A DNA stretch of 64,000 nucleotides. It comes from Muribaculaceae bacterium (GTDB taxonomy: Bacteria; Bacteroidota; Bacteroidia; Bacteroidales; Muribaculaceae). The stretch is from assembly GCA_017889945.1 (NCBI GenBank), contig JAGAOW010000059.1, positions 11,083 through 75,082 on the forward strand, written 5' to 3'. The notes under the pieces were generated by a model, which made no database searches, was not told the origin of the DNA, and worked only from the letters and a program-made list of their open reading frames with translations. The position numbers and the translations under genes are program-made. Each line of letters opens with the position of its first letter. Positions within the stretch are counted from its first letter, which is position 1. Below, in pieces: positions 28,687-40,035 of the stretch.

Positions 28687-29981
28687 CAACACCATCATCC
28701 AATCATATTATTTCATCAGCCACAATCCGCGCTCTCTGGGATAATTGGGCTATCGCTTTCGGGGCTATCTCGCTTGTGATGCTATGTTCGTTGTTTGTGT
28801 CGAAACTTTGGTTGCCTTTCATCCTTCTGGGCATCGCTATAGTCGGCATGTCGAAACTTAAAGCGGAGAGCGGACACAAACATATCACTGCATGTCGTCT
28901 GATTCTGTGGGCAATGGTGCTGATTGTGTTTTGGTCGGCCATTGTGATGATTTTGATTAATGTATTGACTGCCAAATGGTTCTTTGGCGGCCTTGCGGTC
29001 GTCGAACCATTCAACCCGCAGCATCCTTATATCTCCAGCCTTATCGTTTTCCCTGTCGCGCTTTTTGTGAGCCTTTACATGCTCATCCGCGGCCACGACA
29101 TGGAGTATTGCCGCTCATGCCGCATGCGCTTTGGCTACTATCCTGGCAAAGGCATAGTGTCGACCTTCTTTTACAACGAGACGCGCTATCAGCTGCGCAT
29201 GCTTCTTTGGCTGTCTTTGCTCTTGAGCGCTATAGACTGGGCCTATTATTACTTCTTCTATATCAACGTCAACTATAACAAACCCGATAAGTTTTATTTT
29301 ATCGTCATGCCCGTCGCCGTATATGTTCTTTCGTTGGTTTTTATGACGATAAGATACATAACCATGTCCGACAGTCTGACGGCCGGCTCTTCCTCAGGGC
29401 AGCTCCGCACGATGATGACCCTTATCCGTTATCTTGTTTTCGCCGACGATGTCGTTTGTCTTGGCATTGACGATGACAATCTGATTGACACTCCCGCGCA
29501 AATGGTAATTCCGCGCAGCGACGACATGACCGACAAGGATGGTGCTGCATATTTTGCCAGAATATCGGGTATCGAGAATTTCGATATTAAGTTCGTATTC
29601 AGCGACGCAGGCTTTTCTAATGGCGCAAATGTCTACCATTATGCGGTTTTTCTGCCCGAACGGCAGGATATGGGAGCGCTGAAGGGCAAATGGTGTACTC
29701 TCGACGATGTCGACCGTATGCTGAAGACCGGACGGCTTTCGCCCATGCTTATCAACGAAATCTATCGCATCTATAATGTCACTATGGCGTGGAAAACCTA
29801 CGACCGCGATGGCCGCAGGCTTTATCCCATAAAGAATTACAGGCCTACTTTCCGCTTCCGTGACTTCAAGACCTGGGATGTCGATTACAATGATTTGCAT
29901 TGGCTCGACGTTGCTACCAACAACGAGGACAAACCTATCTATAGGTTGAGACGTTTTTGGAGCAGAAATTTCAGACACTGA
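28683..29981 (+). CDS. Hypothetical membrane protein (about 6 TM segments plus a soluble C-terminal domain)
   Basis: Hydrophobic N-terminal half containing a CxxC motif. Overlaps the upstream stop (ATGA). Confidence 0.75.
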   Translation: MTTPSSNHIISSATIRALWDNWAIAFGAISLVMLCSLFVSKLWLPFILLGIAIVGMSKLKAESGHKHITACRLILWAMVLIVFWSAIVMILINVLTAKWFFGGLAVVEPFNPQHPYISSLIVFPVALFVSLYMLIRGHDMEYCRSCRMRFGYYPGKGIVSTFFYNETRYQLRMLLWLSLLLSAIDWAYYYFFYINVNYNKPDKFYFIVMPVAVYVLSLVFMTIRYITMSDSLTAGSSSGQLRTMMTLIRYLVFADDVVCLGIDDDNLIDTPAQMVIPRSDDMTDKDGAAYFARISGIENFDIKFVFSDAGFSNGANVYHYAVFLPERQDMGALKGKWCTLDDVDRMLKTGRLSPMLINEIYRIYNVTMAWKTYDRDGRRLYPIKNYRPTFRFRDFKTWDVDYNDLHWLDVATNNEDKPIYRLRRFWSRNFRH

Positions 29982-29988
29982 GAGGCCT

Positions 29989-30900
29989 ATGGCGAAAATC
30001 CTCTTTATTACCGGTCCGACTGCTGTTGGCAAGACGGCGAGGGCTGTCGATATGGCAAAAGCCCTCGGCGGCGAAATTATAAGTGCCGACTCGCGTCAGA
30101 TTTACCGTGGTATGGATCTCGGCACAGGCAAGGACTTGGATGAATATGGCGATGTACCGTATCATCTGATTGACATTGCCCCGGCCGGTTATAAATATAA
30201 TCTATATGAATATCTGCGCGACTTTGACCGTGCGAGGGCTTCAATCGAGAGCCGAGGGCGCATGGCTGTAGTCTGCGGTGGAACAGGTCTTTATGTGGAG
30301 TCGGCACTCAAAGGGCTGCATCTGCCGGAAGTGCCTCAGAATCCGCTGTTGCGCGCCTCGCTTGAGACTCGTTCGCTCGAGGAGCTGACCACTATGCTTG
30401 CCGAGATGAAGGCTCTCCACAACACGACTGATGTCGATACAGTCAAACGTGCTGTCCGGGCCATCGAGATTGAAACTTATTATCGTCAGCATCCCGAAGT
30501 GGCGGTCAATGTCAAACCGCAGCCTCTGACCGATGCCGTTGTCGTCGGCATAGATATTCCGCGCGACGAACGCCGTCGTCGCATAACTTCGCGACTGCGC
30601 GCGAGACTCGACAGCGGCATGGTTGACGAGGTCCGTCGGCTGATTGACTCCGGCGTCAGCCCCGACGACTTGATGTACTATGGCCTTGAATATAAATATC
30701 TGACGCTTTATGTCACTGGCGCCATGTCCTACGACGATATGTTCTCATCGCTTGAGATAGCCATACATCAGTTCGCAAAGCGGCAGATGACATGGTTCAG
30801 AGGCATGGAGCGCCGTGGTTTTGCCATTCACTGGTTGCCCTTCGACATGGACAGGGATATTTTTGTCGAAACTGTCAAGCGACTTATTGCTGATGAATAA
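29989..30900 (+). CDS. miaA: tRNA dimethylallyltransferase
   Basis: GPTAVGKT, ISADSRQIYRGMDLGTGK, GGTGLY and FAKRQMTWFR. Confidence 0.93.
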   Translation: MAKILFITGPTAVGKTARAVDMAKALGGEIISADSRQIYRGMDLGTGKDLDEYGDVPYHLIDIAPAGYKYNLYEYLRDFDRARASIESRGRMAVVCGGTGLYVESALKGLHLPEVPQNPLLRASLETRSLEELTTMLAEMKALHNTTDVDTVKRAVRAIEIETYYRQHPEVAVNVKPQPLTDAVVVGIDIPRDERRRRITSRLRARLDSGMVDEVRRLIDSGVSPDDLMYYGLEYKYLTLYVTGAMSYDDMFSSLEIAIHQFAKRQMTWFRGMERRGFAIHWLPFDMDRDIFVETVKRLIADE

Positions 30901-31876
30901 GTTTGCTCGTGATATAATTCTTTTGGTATCGGTGCTGTTGTCTTTCCTTCCGTCAGCGGCCCGTGAGTTGTATTGTGAGCCTGCCGTTCCGATAAGCGGA
31001 ACTTTCCGCGACTCTATCCCCTCCAATCTTGTCTCTTTCGACTATCATTATCGCGTAGAGTTGCCCGGACGTTCATCTTCGGCAGAGTGGGGCGTGAAGC
31101 TTATTTATGGAGACGGACGCACTTGCGACATTGCGCTGTGTTGTGACAACCACAGTGTCGGCGATGCCGATTATGCGCCGCCGGTCGACATAGCGCTGAC
31201 TTGCTCTGATGGCGCGGTCGACCGTGTCGACAGACGCCGTATCAGCGACGGCATCGACGCCGCAATGACATCGTGGTCCTTATGCCTCCTTAAGCGGGTC
31301 GAGGATGATTCGCTCTTCTGTTTGATCGGGCAGCGCGGCGCATTGACTTCCTTTTCTCTGCCTTATGAAGGACTAAGTGAAATCGAGTCCTATGCCGGCC
31401 CGCAGATCAGACTCCGTCGGCTCTCGCTTTTTGTAGAAGCTGACAGCGCGGAGCGTTCATGTGCCTTTGAAACTGTTGAGGACTTAAATAAGTATCTCGC
31501 CGAGAGCGAAGATGATCGGGAATGCTGCTGGCGCTATCTTGACCGGGACACAGACCCGCGCCGCCTTAATACCGGAGGCGATTACCGTCTTGCCACTGTT
31601 CGTCGCAATGACGGCGGCTACGACATAATATACCTTGGTGGAGCTACAGCCAATGCCGCCAACTGGCGTCCGCTAATGCTTAAAGGCCGTCTGAAGCCGA
31701 CAGCCTTTATCTCTCACTATGATTTGGTTTGGTTCGACGCCTTCGGACGGGCAATAGACACCGAGACGAGTGCCGACCTGACCGATGGCGCGATTCTGCG
31801 CCTGAATTTCCCGCTTCAGGGCGGTTCGATACGCTATCAGCGCGACCTCACGCACGACTCGAGTCAGACCCGGTAA
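30893..31876 (+). CDS. Hypothetical exported protein
   Basis: Signal-peptide-like N-terminus (MNKFARDIILLVSVLLSFLPSAA). Overlaps the miaA stop. Confidence 0.7.
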   Translation: MNKFARDIILLVSVLLSFLPSAARELYCEPAVPISGTFRDSIPSNLVSFDYHYRVELPGRSSSAEWGVKLIYGDGRTCDIALCCDNHSVGDADYAPPVDIALTCSDGAVDRVDRRRISDGIDAAMTSWSLCLLKRVEDDSLFCLIGQRGALTSFSLPYEGLSEIESYAGPQIRLRRLSLFVEADSAERSCAFETVEDLNKYLAESEDDRECCWRYLDRDTDPRRLNTGGDYRLATVRRNDGGYDIIYLGGATANAANWRPLMLKGRLKPTAFISHYDLVWFDAFGRAIDTETSADLTDGAILRLNFPLQGGSIRYQRDLTHDSSQTR

Positions 31877-32300
31877 TCGCTTGCGTGTCGATGTCGTAGT
31901 GGAGCGTCGAATCGAGCAATACTATAGTGTAGCTCTTCGAATTGCGCTCGATGCTGAACACCTCGTTCAATTCTTCTGTTTCTTCGATATATTGATACAG
32001 AGCCGGCGGTAGCTGGTCGAAAAGCAATACCTGAGGCAGAGGCATCCCGTAACCGTTGATGGCTTCCCAGTGATAGTTCTTGTCAAACGTCATTCCCGGG
32101 CCGTTGTTTAACCTCACATGATATGTGGTTGATGAGTCTGTAAAACTGTCTATGCCGGAATTCGGATAGTATTGACTGATAAATTCCGATATCTCAGTGG
32201 GCAGTTCATCCCATAGATCTGCATTCTTACACGACGACACGACTGCCATCAGGGGAGTGACTGCCATAACCAGAATATTCAAGAGAGGGTTAGTTTTCAT
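31848..32300 (-). CDS. PepSY-like/BLIP-like lipoprotein
   Basis: Lipobox VSSC and two LPxxIxxFI/LPPALYQYI repeats. Confidence 0.7.
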   Translation of the reverse strand: MKTNPLLNILVMAVTPLMAVVSSCKNADLWDELPTEISEFISQYYPNSGIDSFTDSSTTYHVRLNNGPGMTFDKNYHWEAINGYGMPLPQVLLFDQLPPALYQYIEETEELNEVFSIERNSKSYTIVLLDSTLHYDIDTQAITGSDSSRA

Positions 32301-32481
32301 GTCGGAGGCGTTAATGTTAATTATCTTTATGATTCACTAACGTTTATTCCCATCATATTGTTCGCTCTTCTCCGCCTCTGATACGCATGAATCATTAACA
32401 AATATTTGAGTGAAATATCGGGAATATAGAAACTTTATCCTTGTCTGCTGCGTTTAAGCATCAGAACTAAATAATATAATT

Positions 32482-32808
32482 ATGAAAACTCAGGAAGAAA
32501 TCAAAACACCGCTGCGTCTGACAGCCGAACTTAAATACACCGACAGCCAAATCGTCGCTAAAGATGTATTTTCAACCGACAATGGCTCTGTGACTCTTTT
32601 GGCTTTTGCCAACGGAGCTATGCTGGCTCGACACTCGGTTCAGTATGATGTGTTTGTATATGTGATTGAGGGCGCTGTCGAATTTGAAGTCGACAATCAG
32701 CGTCAGCACCTGAATAAAGGCGATGGCATTCTGTTGCCGGCCTCAACGCCTCACACCGTCCTCGCACTCGACAACTCCAAAGTTGTACTGACTAAGATAA
32801 AACCATAG
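32482..32808 (+). CDS. Cupin domain protein
   Basis: VTLLAFANG...H...VIEGAVEF...LPASTPHTV. Confidence 0.85.
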   Translation: MKTQEEIKTPLRLTAELKYTDSQIVAKDVFSTDNGSVTLLAFANGAMLARHSVQYDVFVYVIEGAVEFEVDNQRQHLNKGDGILLPASTPHTVLALDNSKVVLTKIKP

Positions 32809-32830
32809 ACCGCAAATATACAGTGACCGC

Positions 32831-32863
32831 AAGAAAGCCCGCCCCGCCGGGCTTTCTTTTTTT
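32831..32863 (+). terminator. Intrinsic terminator, probably bidirectional
   Basis: aagaaagcccg-ccccgc-cgggctttctt-ttttt. Confidence 0.8.
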
Positions 32864-32890
32864 GCCATATCCCAAAAGGCTGATATGGCG

Positions 32891-34690
32891 TTAATTGGCG
32901 AAGTAGTTGGAGCGGATGAGGGTGTCGCTTAATTCGAACATGCGGCGCAGGCGCAGTTCTGTCTGTTTGTCGGGAGAGCCGGCGAGGCGGCCGGTGCGGC
33001 TGATGGCTGCGTCGACAGAGCCGGAAAGCACACTTTCGCCAAGTCCGCGCCAGTAATACTGTTCGCGTCCCACACCCATAACATCGAGCAATGTCGGGAA
33101 TACGTCGACTTGCCCCATAGGCCGGTCAAGGTGCTTTGTGACTCCCGCGCCGAGGACGATAAACGCAATCGGACTGTCGACCGGGGAGGTTTCGGATGCT
33201 GTGCGCTGTGCCGCGATTTCGTCGTGGTCGGATGCGATGACTACAATTGTATTGTCGGCCAAGTCCGAGGCTTTGAGACGCGCGAGGAAACGACCTATGG
33301 CCGCATCGGTGTAATGCACAGTCTGAAGATAGTGATTTAAATAATAGTCGTCGGGAGCGATAGAGTCTATCCATTCGACCGGCTCGAAGCCTTCGATTTC
33401 AAACGGATAGTGCATCGACAGCGTCGTTATCTCGGCGAAGAAGGGTTGCGGCATGGCCGAGATGCGGTCAAAGGCATAGTCGAGGACGGCGTCATCAGCG
33501 CCTTTCAGAGTCTTGTCCCAGCCGACGGCATGAAGAGAATCAAGATCATGGATTGCCTCATAACCGAAGGCCTGCGATGTCATGCGATGGTTGTAGACAT
33601 TGGCGCTTTCGACAATAAACTCAGCCGATGACGCCGGACGAATGGCTTCGGCAAGCGAGGGGAAGCGGTTTTGGGCGAATGTCTGCGCCACAACGCCGTT
33701 TAAGAGCGGGAGCAGCCCGGTGTTGTAGATGAGCTGTCCGTCAGACGAACCGCCGTCGTTGATTTGTGCCAACATCGACAGGCATGATATTACAGAATCG
33801 GCTTCGACCAAAGAACTTAGAACCGGTGCCAGCAGACGGTCGCCGTATGTTTTGCCTATCGTCCATGAGTTGAGCTATTCTACGATAATGAATACAAGGT
33901 TCTTGCCGCGATTATGAACAAGGCAGGTCGAATCAGCCGCCGCGAGGCGTCGCTCGTCTATAAACTTTTGGGTTGAGGCCTTCTGCCGCTCGTCAAGTTC
34001 GATTACGGTGTCGTCAGGATAATTTATTATCTGAGTGATGATGAAACCGCATAACCCGTTGTTTTTCCACATGCCGAACTGGGTCGAGTCGTGTCCGTAA
34101 CGGTTGGCGATAATATCTTTTACGGGCATTTCGGGATAACCGACAATCTGATGCCAATGGCGCACGCTGTTGACACTAAGATAAAAGCCGAGAGCATAAA
34201 GCGCCACGGTAAACGCCACCATCAGCAGTTTGCTCTTTAACTTCAGCGACGGGTCTTTAGAAGGTCTGATGACAAAATAAAGTATGGTCGCCAATATGGG
34301 AACGGCCGGATATAGTGAGTCTTCAGGCCGGAACAGAGGCCAGATGCTTCGGAAAACAAAACTGTTGTAATTATTGGCCACGAAAATCGACTGAAGCGGA
34401 ATGAGGTCGTTCCAATATCTGAAATACAGGACATTGGCAAGCACAAAAAGCGAGACAAGCCAGACCATGGGAAGCGAGAGCCAGCGCAGGCGAGGCGCGC
34501 AGAACCAATAGAACAGCATAAGCACCGCTCCGTCGGACAGGTAGATCACAGTCCGCAGCCTGAACGTAGAGTTGTCGCCAATCAGATATGACAGTGACAT
34601 CAGTTCGGCTGCAATGCCGATGACTACAAGGATGTAGAACAGCGCAACTCGCGATGACAGAGCTTTTAATATTTTGTCAAAATATTTCAT
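32891..34690 (-). pseudogene. LTA synthase family (sulfatase-fold) membrane protein, interrupted by an in-frame TAG at 33875-33877
   Basis: TM N-terminal domain, then NLVFIIVE*LNSW where the family motif is IIVES. Same frame continues to TLSMHYPF, YTDAAIG, SDH and QVDVFPTLL. Confidence 0.85.
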
Positions 34691-35574
34691 TCCAGATATT
34701 TATGGAGCAAGTTTGTGAACTGATAATTCTTTAATCCCCAGCGCGGCGCGATAAGGAGACGGTCGGGCGACTGAGAGACAAAGCGCTCTATCGCAATGTC
34801 CTTGCGCAGACGCCTGACAATCCGGGCACAGAGCGCGACATATTCATCAATGTCGAATATCCTGAGGTCGGCGCGTCCGGCCAGGTAATCGGCAGCGAGG
34901 CGGGTGCCTCTGACTATCTGCAGCTGATGGAACTTGACGGTGTCAATCGGCAGAGCCGACACCCGGTCGACAGTCTCGAGCATCATGTCAACGTTTTCGC
35001 CCGGCAGGCCGAGAATGAGATGCAGGCCGACGGGAATCCCGGCGTCAGCCGTTCGTCGGACCGCGTCGACCGTCGTCGCCCAGTCGTGACAGCGGTTTAT
35101 GGCGCGCAGGGTAGAGTCGTGGCTCGTTTCCGCGCCGTATTCGATGAAGACCTTGTAGTGGCGGTTGATTTCGGCAAGAGCCTCAAGCAGAGGCTGAGGC
35201 ATGCAGTCAGGCCGTGTGCCTATGACTATGCCGACGACATCGTCCACCGCAAGCGCCTCGCGATAGAAGCCGAGCAGACGGTCTATGTCGCCATAGGTGC
35301 TTGTATAAGATTGAAAATATGCGAGATAACGCATATTGGGATATTTTGCGGCAAAAAAACGTTTGCCGTCGGCGAGTTGCTCGCTCACGCTGCGTCCTTC
35401 GCTTCCCGTCGTCGGCGAGAACGAACTGTTGTTGCAATAAATACAACCACCCCTGCCGAGCGAACCGTCGCGGTTGGGGCAGGTAAAGCCGGCATCAACC
35501 GTCAGTTTCTGGACTTTGAAGTCAAAATGCCCGGCAAGAAAGTCGCCATAGTCGCGATAGAAAGGATTCATCAT
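34687..35574 (-). CDS. TIGR01212 (YhcC-like) radical SAM protein
   Basis: FTCPNRDG...GGCIYC, YFQSYTSTY, GTRPDC and KFHQL. Confidence 0.9.
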   Translation of the reverse strand: MMNPFYRDYGDFLAGHFDFKVQKLTVDAGFTCPNRDGSLGRGGCIYCNNSSFSPTTGSEGRSVSEQLADGKRFFAAKYPNMRYLAYFQSYTSTYGDIDRLLGFYREALAVDDVVGIVIGTRPDCMPQPLLEALAEINRHYKVFIEYGAETSHDSTLRAINRCHDWATTVDAVRRTADAGIPVGLHLILGLPGENVDMMLETVDRVSALPIDTVKFHQLQIVRGTRLAADYLAGRADLRIFDIDEYVALCARIVRRLRKDIAIERFVSQSPDRLLIAPRWGLKNYQFTNLLHKYLE

Positions 35575-35594
35575 GCGCAGATTTCAGGAAGAGC

Positions 35595-36668
35595 TTAAAA
35601 CCTCGCACAACGATTGAGCAACACAGCGTCGAAAAGAACCATTGCCGCCATGGCTTCGACTATCGGAACGGCGCGCGGCACGACACAGGGGTCGTGGCGG
35701 CCTTTGACTTTTAACTTAGCGGGGCAACCCGAGTCGTCGACAGTCTGCAATTCCTGAAGCAGAGTTGCTACGGGTTTGAACGCCACTCTGAAATATATGT
35801 CTCCGCCATTGGAGATGCCACCCTGAATGCCGCCCGAATGATTTGTCTCAGTAGCGATGTGACCGTTTTCAGAAACAAAGATGTCGACGGCCTGCGAGCC
35901 ACGCATCGCCGCACCCGCGAAGCCCATGCCATAGTCAAAACCCTTGGCCGCGTTAATGCTCAGCATGGCGTCGGCCAGCCGGGCCTGTAACTTGCCGAAG
36001 ACAGGTTCGCCCAAACCGACGGGAACACCCTTGATGACGCAAGAGACTACACCTCCGACGGTGTCGCCCTGCGATTTGATTTCGCGAATCAAGCGCTCCA
36101 TATCGGCAGCTGCCGCCGTGTCGGGACAGCGGACGACATTGCTTTCGGTCTGCGAGAGGTCGAGCGAATTATAGTCCTTGTCTACAATAATTTCGCCGAC
36201 CTGCGATGTATAGGCGCAGATGCTCATGCCCATAGCTTCAAGTGCCTGACGGGCAATAGCTCCGGCCACGACGCGCGTCGCTGTCTCTCTCGCCGACGAG
36301 CGACCGCCTCCGCGATGGTCGCGCAGACCGTATTTCGTCTGATAAGTGAAGTCGGCATGCGACGGACGGAACATATGACGCAAGGGCTCATAGTCGTTGC
36401 TGTGCTGATTGGAATTTTCGATGACAAAACCTATCGGCGCACCTGTGGTAAGACCTTCAAATACACCTGAAAGCAATCTGACGCGGTCGGCCTCGTTGCG
36501 CGAAGTGACAATCGCCGACTGACCGGGACGACGCCGGTCGAGCTGACTCTGCACCTCGTCCATATCTATGCGGATGCCGGCAGGAACGCCGTCAATGACT
36601 CCGCCGATAGCTGCGCCGTGGCTCTCTCCAAACGACGTCAGTCGATAAACCTGTCCGAATGTATTCAT
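35595..36668 (-). CDS. aroC: Chorismate synthase
   Basis: [28 protein letters not shown] and GRHDPC. Confidence 0.96.
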   Translation of the reverse strand: MNTFGQVYRLTSFGESHGAAIGGVIDGVPAGIRIDMDEVQSQLDRRRPGQSAIVTSRNEADRVRLLSGVFEGLTTGAPIGFVIENSNQHSNDYEPLRHMFRPSHADFTYQTKYGLRDHRGGGRSSARETATRVVAGAIARQALEAMGMSICAYTSQVGEIIVDKDYNSLDLSQTESNVVRCPDTAAAADMERLIREIKSQGDTVGGVVSCVIKGVPVGLGEPVFGKLQARLADAMLSINAAKGFDYGMGFAGAAMRGSQAVDIFVSENGHIATETNHSGGIQGGISNGGDIYFRVAFKPVATLLQELQTVDDSGCPAKLKVKGRHDPCVVPRAVPIVEAMAAMVLFDAVLLNRCARF

Positions 36669-37159
36669 ATCTCTTCAGTATCTTTAGTCAGGTCGAGTGT
36701 CTTTGCACCGACAAATGCAATCAAAGTCTCCGGGGCGATTTTAATCTGCAAGCCACGCTGTCCGCCGCTCACATAAATGAAGTCAAACTGCAGGGCCGTC
36801 TCATCGAAGAAAGTAGGGAAGGGCTTTTTCATGCCAACCGGCGAGCAGCCACCGCGTATGTAGCCGGTAGTCGGGAGCAGATCTTTCATCGGAATCATTT
36901 CAGCTTTCTTTGCACCGGCAGCGCGTGCGGCTTTTTTCAAGTCGACCTCACGGTCGCCGGGGATGACGCAAACAAAATAGCCGCACTTGTCGCCATGAAG
37001 GACCAAAGTCTTGAACACCCGACGGATATCCTCGCCGAGTTCGTCGGCGATATGAGTGGCCGCCAGATTGTTTTCGTCGACAGTATAAGGAATTACCTCG
37101 AAGGCGAGTTTTGCCCGCTCGAGCAGCCTGATTGCATTGGTCTTTGTCTGATTAGCCAT
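36665..37159 (-). CDS. ybaK: Cys-tRNA(Pro) deacylase
   Basis: [28 protein letters not shown] and SGGQRGLQ. Confidence 0.92.
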   Translation of the reverse strand: MANQTKTNAIRLLERAKLAFEVIPYTVDENNLAATHIADELGEDIRRVFKTLVLHGDKCGYFVCVIPGDREVDLKKAARAAGAKKAEMIPMKDLLPTTGYIRGGCSPVGMKKPFPTFFDETALQFDFIYVSGGQRGLQIKIAPETLIAFVGAKTLDLTKDTEEI

Positions 37160-37185
37160 AATAGTCAATTGTTTAAAAAAATCTG

Positions 37186-39636
37186 TCAAGCAGGGTCGAC
37201 GTCGTAATAGATGTTAAAACCTTTGGTCGCCGGCGACGACTGCATCTCGACATAGAGGTCGCGCAGAATCTGCTTGACTCTGGCGGTCGACGCCGCATTT
37301 TCGATTTTAAGCATAATCGACCGGATGTAGAGCGACTGCACTCGGCTGACCTGGGGTTCTTTCGGGCCGTTGACGCGGTTGCCGAAGAGAGTCCGCAGCC
37401 GCGTGGCATAGTTTTCGGCAAAAGCCGAGAGTCGGGCAGCGTCGCGATGCTTGATATAGATATTGATTACGCGCGCAAAGGGAGGGTAGTTGAAAGCCTT
37501 GCGCTCTTCGAGTTCGTGATTGTAATATGAAAGATAGTCGTGAGTGCGGACAAAATTAATGACCGGGTGGTCGGGCTCGTAGGTCTGAATCATGACCTTA
37601 CCCTTTGTGTCGCGACGACCTGCACGTCCGGCGACCTGTTCAAGCATGTTGAACGCGCGTTCGGTCGAACGGAAATCAGGATAATGGATGAGAGTGTCGG
37701 CATTGATGACGCCGACGACATCGACATCGGCGAAGTCGAGACCCTTGGTCACCATCTGAGTGCCAACGAGAATATCGGCTTTGTGAGACGAGAAGTCAGA
37801 AATAATCTTCGAATAGCTCTCCTTGTTGCGCGTCGTGTCCAGGTCCATGCGCATAATGCGGCTGTCGGGGAACATAGAGGCGACTTCATCCTCGACACGC
37901 TCAGTGCCGTAACCGACGATTTCAATAGCCGGCTCGCCACATTGCGGGCAGACACGCATCACGGGGTAAACCGCTCCGCAGTAATGGCAGACGAGCGATT
38001 CGGGATTGCGATGATAAGTGAGCGAGACGTCGCAGTGGTCGCACTTGGGCACGAACGCACACGCCTTGCAGCGCGCCATGGGGGCGTAGCCACGCCGGTT
38101 GTGGAAAAATATCGCCTGTTTGCCATCGGCAAGCGATCGGGCGGCAGTCTCGACCGTGGTCTGAGCAAACGAGCCAATGACGCGCCCCTTACGCCGCTCA
38201 GCCGACATGTCGACAATCTCAATATCGGGCAGGGGAACATCGTCGAAGCGTGTGGTCAGACTGACGAGTCCATATTTGCCGGTCGTCGCCTTATAGTAAG
38301 TCTCGACCGAGGGGGTAGCGCTGCCGAGCACAACTTTCGCACCGTGCATTGCCGCAAGCATTATGGCTGCGTCGCGGCCGTTGTAGCGAGGGGCAGGATC
38401 GAATTGTTTGTAGCTTGACTCATGTTCCTCGTCGACGATAACAATGCCCAGGCGGGCAAAGGGGAGGAACACCGACGAGCGCGCACCGATAACCACACAA
38501 GGGCGGTTGGAGTGCAAGAGCCGCTGCCAAATCTCGACACGCTCACGGTCGGAAAACTTCGAATGGTAGATGACTACATTGTCGCCGAACACCCGCTGCA
38601 GACGCCGAGTGAGCTGAGTAGTGAGAGCGATTTCGGGTACAAGGAAGAGAGCCTGATTGCCCTGACGAAGCACATAGTCGATGAGATGGATATAAATTTC
38701 GGTTTTGCCGCTCGAAGTCACGCCATGGAGCAGAACAGTCTGATGATCGACAAGCGAATGATGGATTTGCCCGAGGGCGGCAGACTGAGCTTCGGACAGA
38801 GCGGGCAGTTTGCCCGGCAAGGTCTCGTCGCATGAAAAGCGGGAAATCTCACGGGCAGTGATTTTTATGATGCCCTTCTTCTCCATAGCCGAGATGATGG
38901 CGCGAGTAACACCGCTGCGTTCGATCAGAGCATCAAGCGGCACTTCCGCGTTGTGGTTGCGGTTCATCGACAAGATTGCGAGCAAGGCGGTCTCCTGTTT
39001 CTTAGCGCCTTTGACCATGGCGAACAAATCTTCGGTCGACCGGGCAGGGTCGGCGATGCTGACATAGCTGATGCGCTTGCGACGGAAACGCTCGACAACT
39101 TTTTCAGAGACCACCAATACGCCCGACGCTATCAGACGGTCGACAACGGCCTCGGCTCTGTCGACGGAAGCGCAGGTCGCAATGTCCTTTGCTGAAACAC
39201 GTTTGAGTGAGCATAGGACAGAAACGACCTTGTCTTCATCGGGACTCAGGCCCGTAAGGCTTTCGGCTTCGATGTCGGGATTGAGTTCGATAACGGTCTC
39301 ACTTTCCACTTTCAGGCCCGAAGGCAGGGCGGCCTTGAAGACATCGCCTACCGGGCTAAGATAATATTTAGCCATCCAGTGCCAAAACTTGAGCTGCGGA
39401 TGACGGACAATCGGCGTGCGGTCGATAGCACAGGCTATGTCCTTGATGTTGAAAGAGCCTTCAGGCGCATGAGGACACACGGACTCGACAATGGCCGTGT
39501 AGTAGCGCGACGGACCGAAAGGCACAAGCACTCGTGAACCCACGACAACTTCATCGGCCATAGCCTCCGGGATACGGTAGGTAAACGTGCGGTCGAAAGG
39601 CAGGGGCAATATGACTTGTGCGTAGCTGTGGTCCAT
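37186..39636 (-). CDS. priA: Primosomal protein N'
   Basis: GVTSSGKTE, DEEHE, SATPS, four CxxC motifs and GTQMVTKGLDF. Confidence 0.95.
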   Translation of the reverse strand: MDHSYAQVILPLPFDRTFTYRIPEAMADEVVVGSRVLVPFGPSRYYTAIVESVCPHAPEGSFNIKDIACAIDRTPIVRHPQLKFWHWMAKYYLSPVGDVFKAALPSGLKVESETVIELNPDIEAESLTGLSPDEDKVVSVLCSLKRVSAKDIATCASVDRAEAVVDRLIASGVLVVSEKVVERFRRKRISYVSIADPARSTEDLFAMVKGAKKQETALLAILSMNRNHNAEVPLDALIERSGVTRAIISAMEKKGIIKITAREISRFSCDETLPGKLPALSEAQSAALGQIHHSLVDHQTVLLHGVTSSGKTEIYIHLIDYVLRQGNQALFLVPEIALTTQLTRRLQRVFGDNVVIYHSKFSDRERVEIWQRLLHSNRPCVVIGARSSVFLPFARLGIVIVDEEHESSYKQFDPAPRYNGRDAAIMLAAMHGAKVVLGSATPSVETYYKATTGKYGLVSLTTRFDDVPLPDIEIVDMSAERRKGRVIGSFAQTTVETAARSLADGKQAIFFHNRRGYAPMARCKACAFVPKCDHCDVSLTYHRNPESLVCHYCGAVYPVMRVCPQCGEPAIEIVGYGTERVEDEVASMFPDSRIMRMDLDTTRNKESYSKIISDFSSHKADILVGTQMVTKGLDFADVDVVGVINADTLIHYPDFRSTERAFNMLEQVAGRAGRRDTKGKVMIQTYEPDHPVINFVRTHDYLSYYNHELEERKAFNYPPFARVINIYIKHRDAARLSAFAENYATRLRTLFGNRVNGPKEPQVSRVQSLYIRSIMLKIENAASTARVKQILRDLYVEMQSSPATKGFNIYYDVDPA

Positions 39637-39750
39637 ATTCTGCAAAGATACGAATAAGTCAAATAAAGAGTGAGCAGTTTATAAACTTTTAGACGTGAAA
39701 ATGCGTTTTGGCATAAAACTGATTAATTAACCATCTTAAGAAAAAACACT

Positions 39751-40035
39751 ATGGACTTGAATAAACAGAACGCAGCAGCAGCGGCAACAGTAGCGAAAGC
39801 AGCCGCTGAAGTTTCGGCAACAGCCGCAAAAGATGCAGTTACCGCCGAAAGTAAGGATTTGAAAGACAAAGCAGCAGACGCAATAGCTAACGCCAAAGAC
39901 ACAATAGTCGATAAAGCACAGGCTGTAACAGATAAAGTAAAGGAAGTCACAGCCAATGCGCTCGATAAAGGCGCAGACATGATTGACTCACTCGCTGACA
40001 AAGCGCACAACGCTGCAGCAGGTCTCAAGAGTTAA
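39751..40035 (+). CDS. Small Ala/Lys/Asp-rich hydrophilic protein with 11-mer repeats (LEA-like)
   Basis: KDKAADAIANA/KDTIVDKAQAV/TDKVKEVTANA/LDKGADMIDSL/ADKAHNAAAGL; A-rich translation initiation region. Confidence 0.7.
   Translation: MDLNKQNAAAAATVAKAAAEVSATAAKDAVTAESKDLKDKAADAIANAKDTIVDKAQAVTDKVKEVTANALDKGADMIDSLADKAHNAAAGLKS

Noticed and set aside
11303-33877. Stop-codon reassignment or readthrough (alternative genetic code)
   Set aside because: The internal stops are of two types (TAA, TAG) and imply different residues. Both codons terminate many normal genes in this window.
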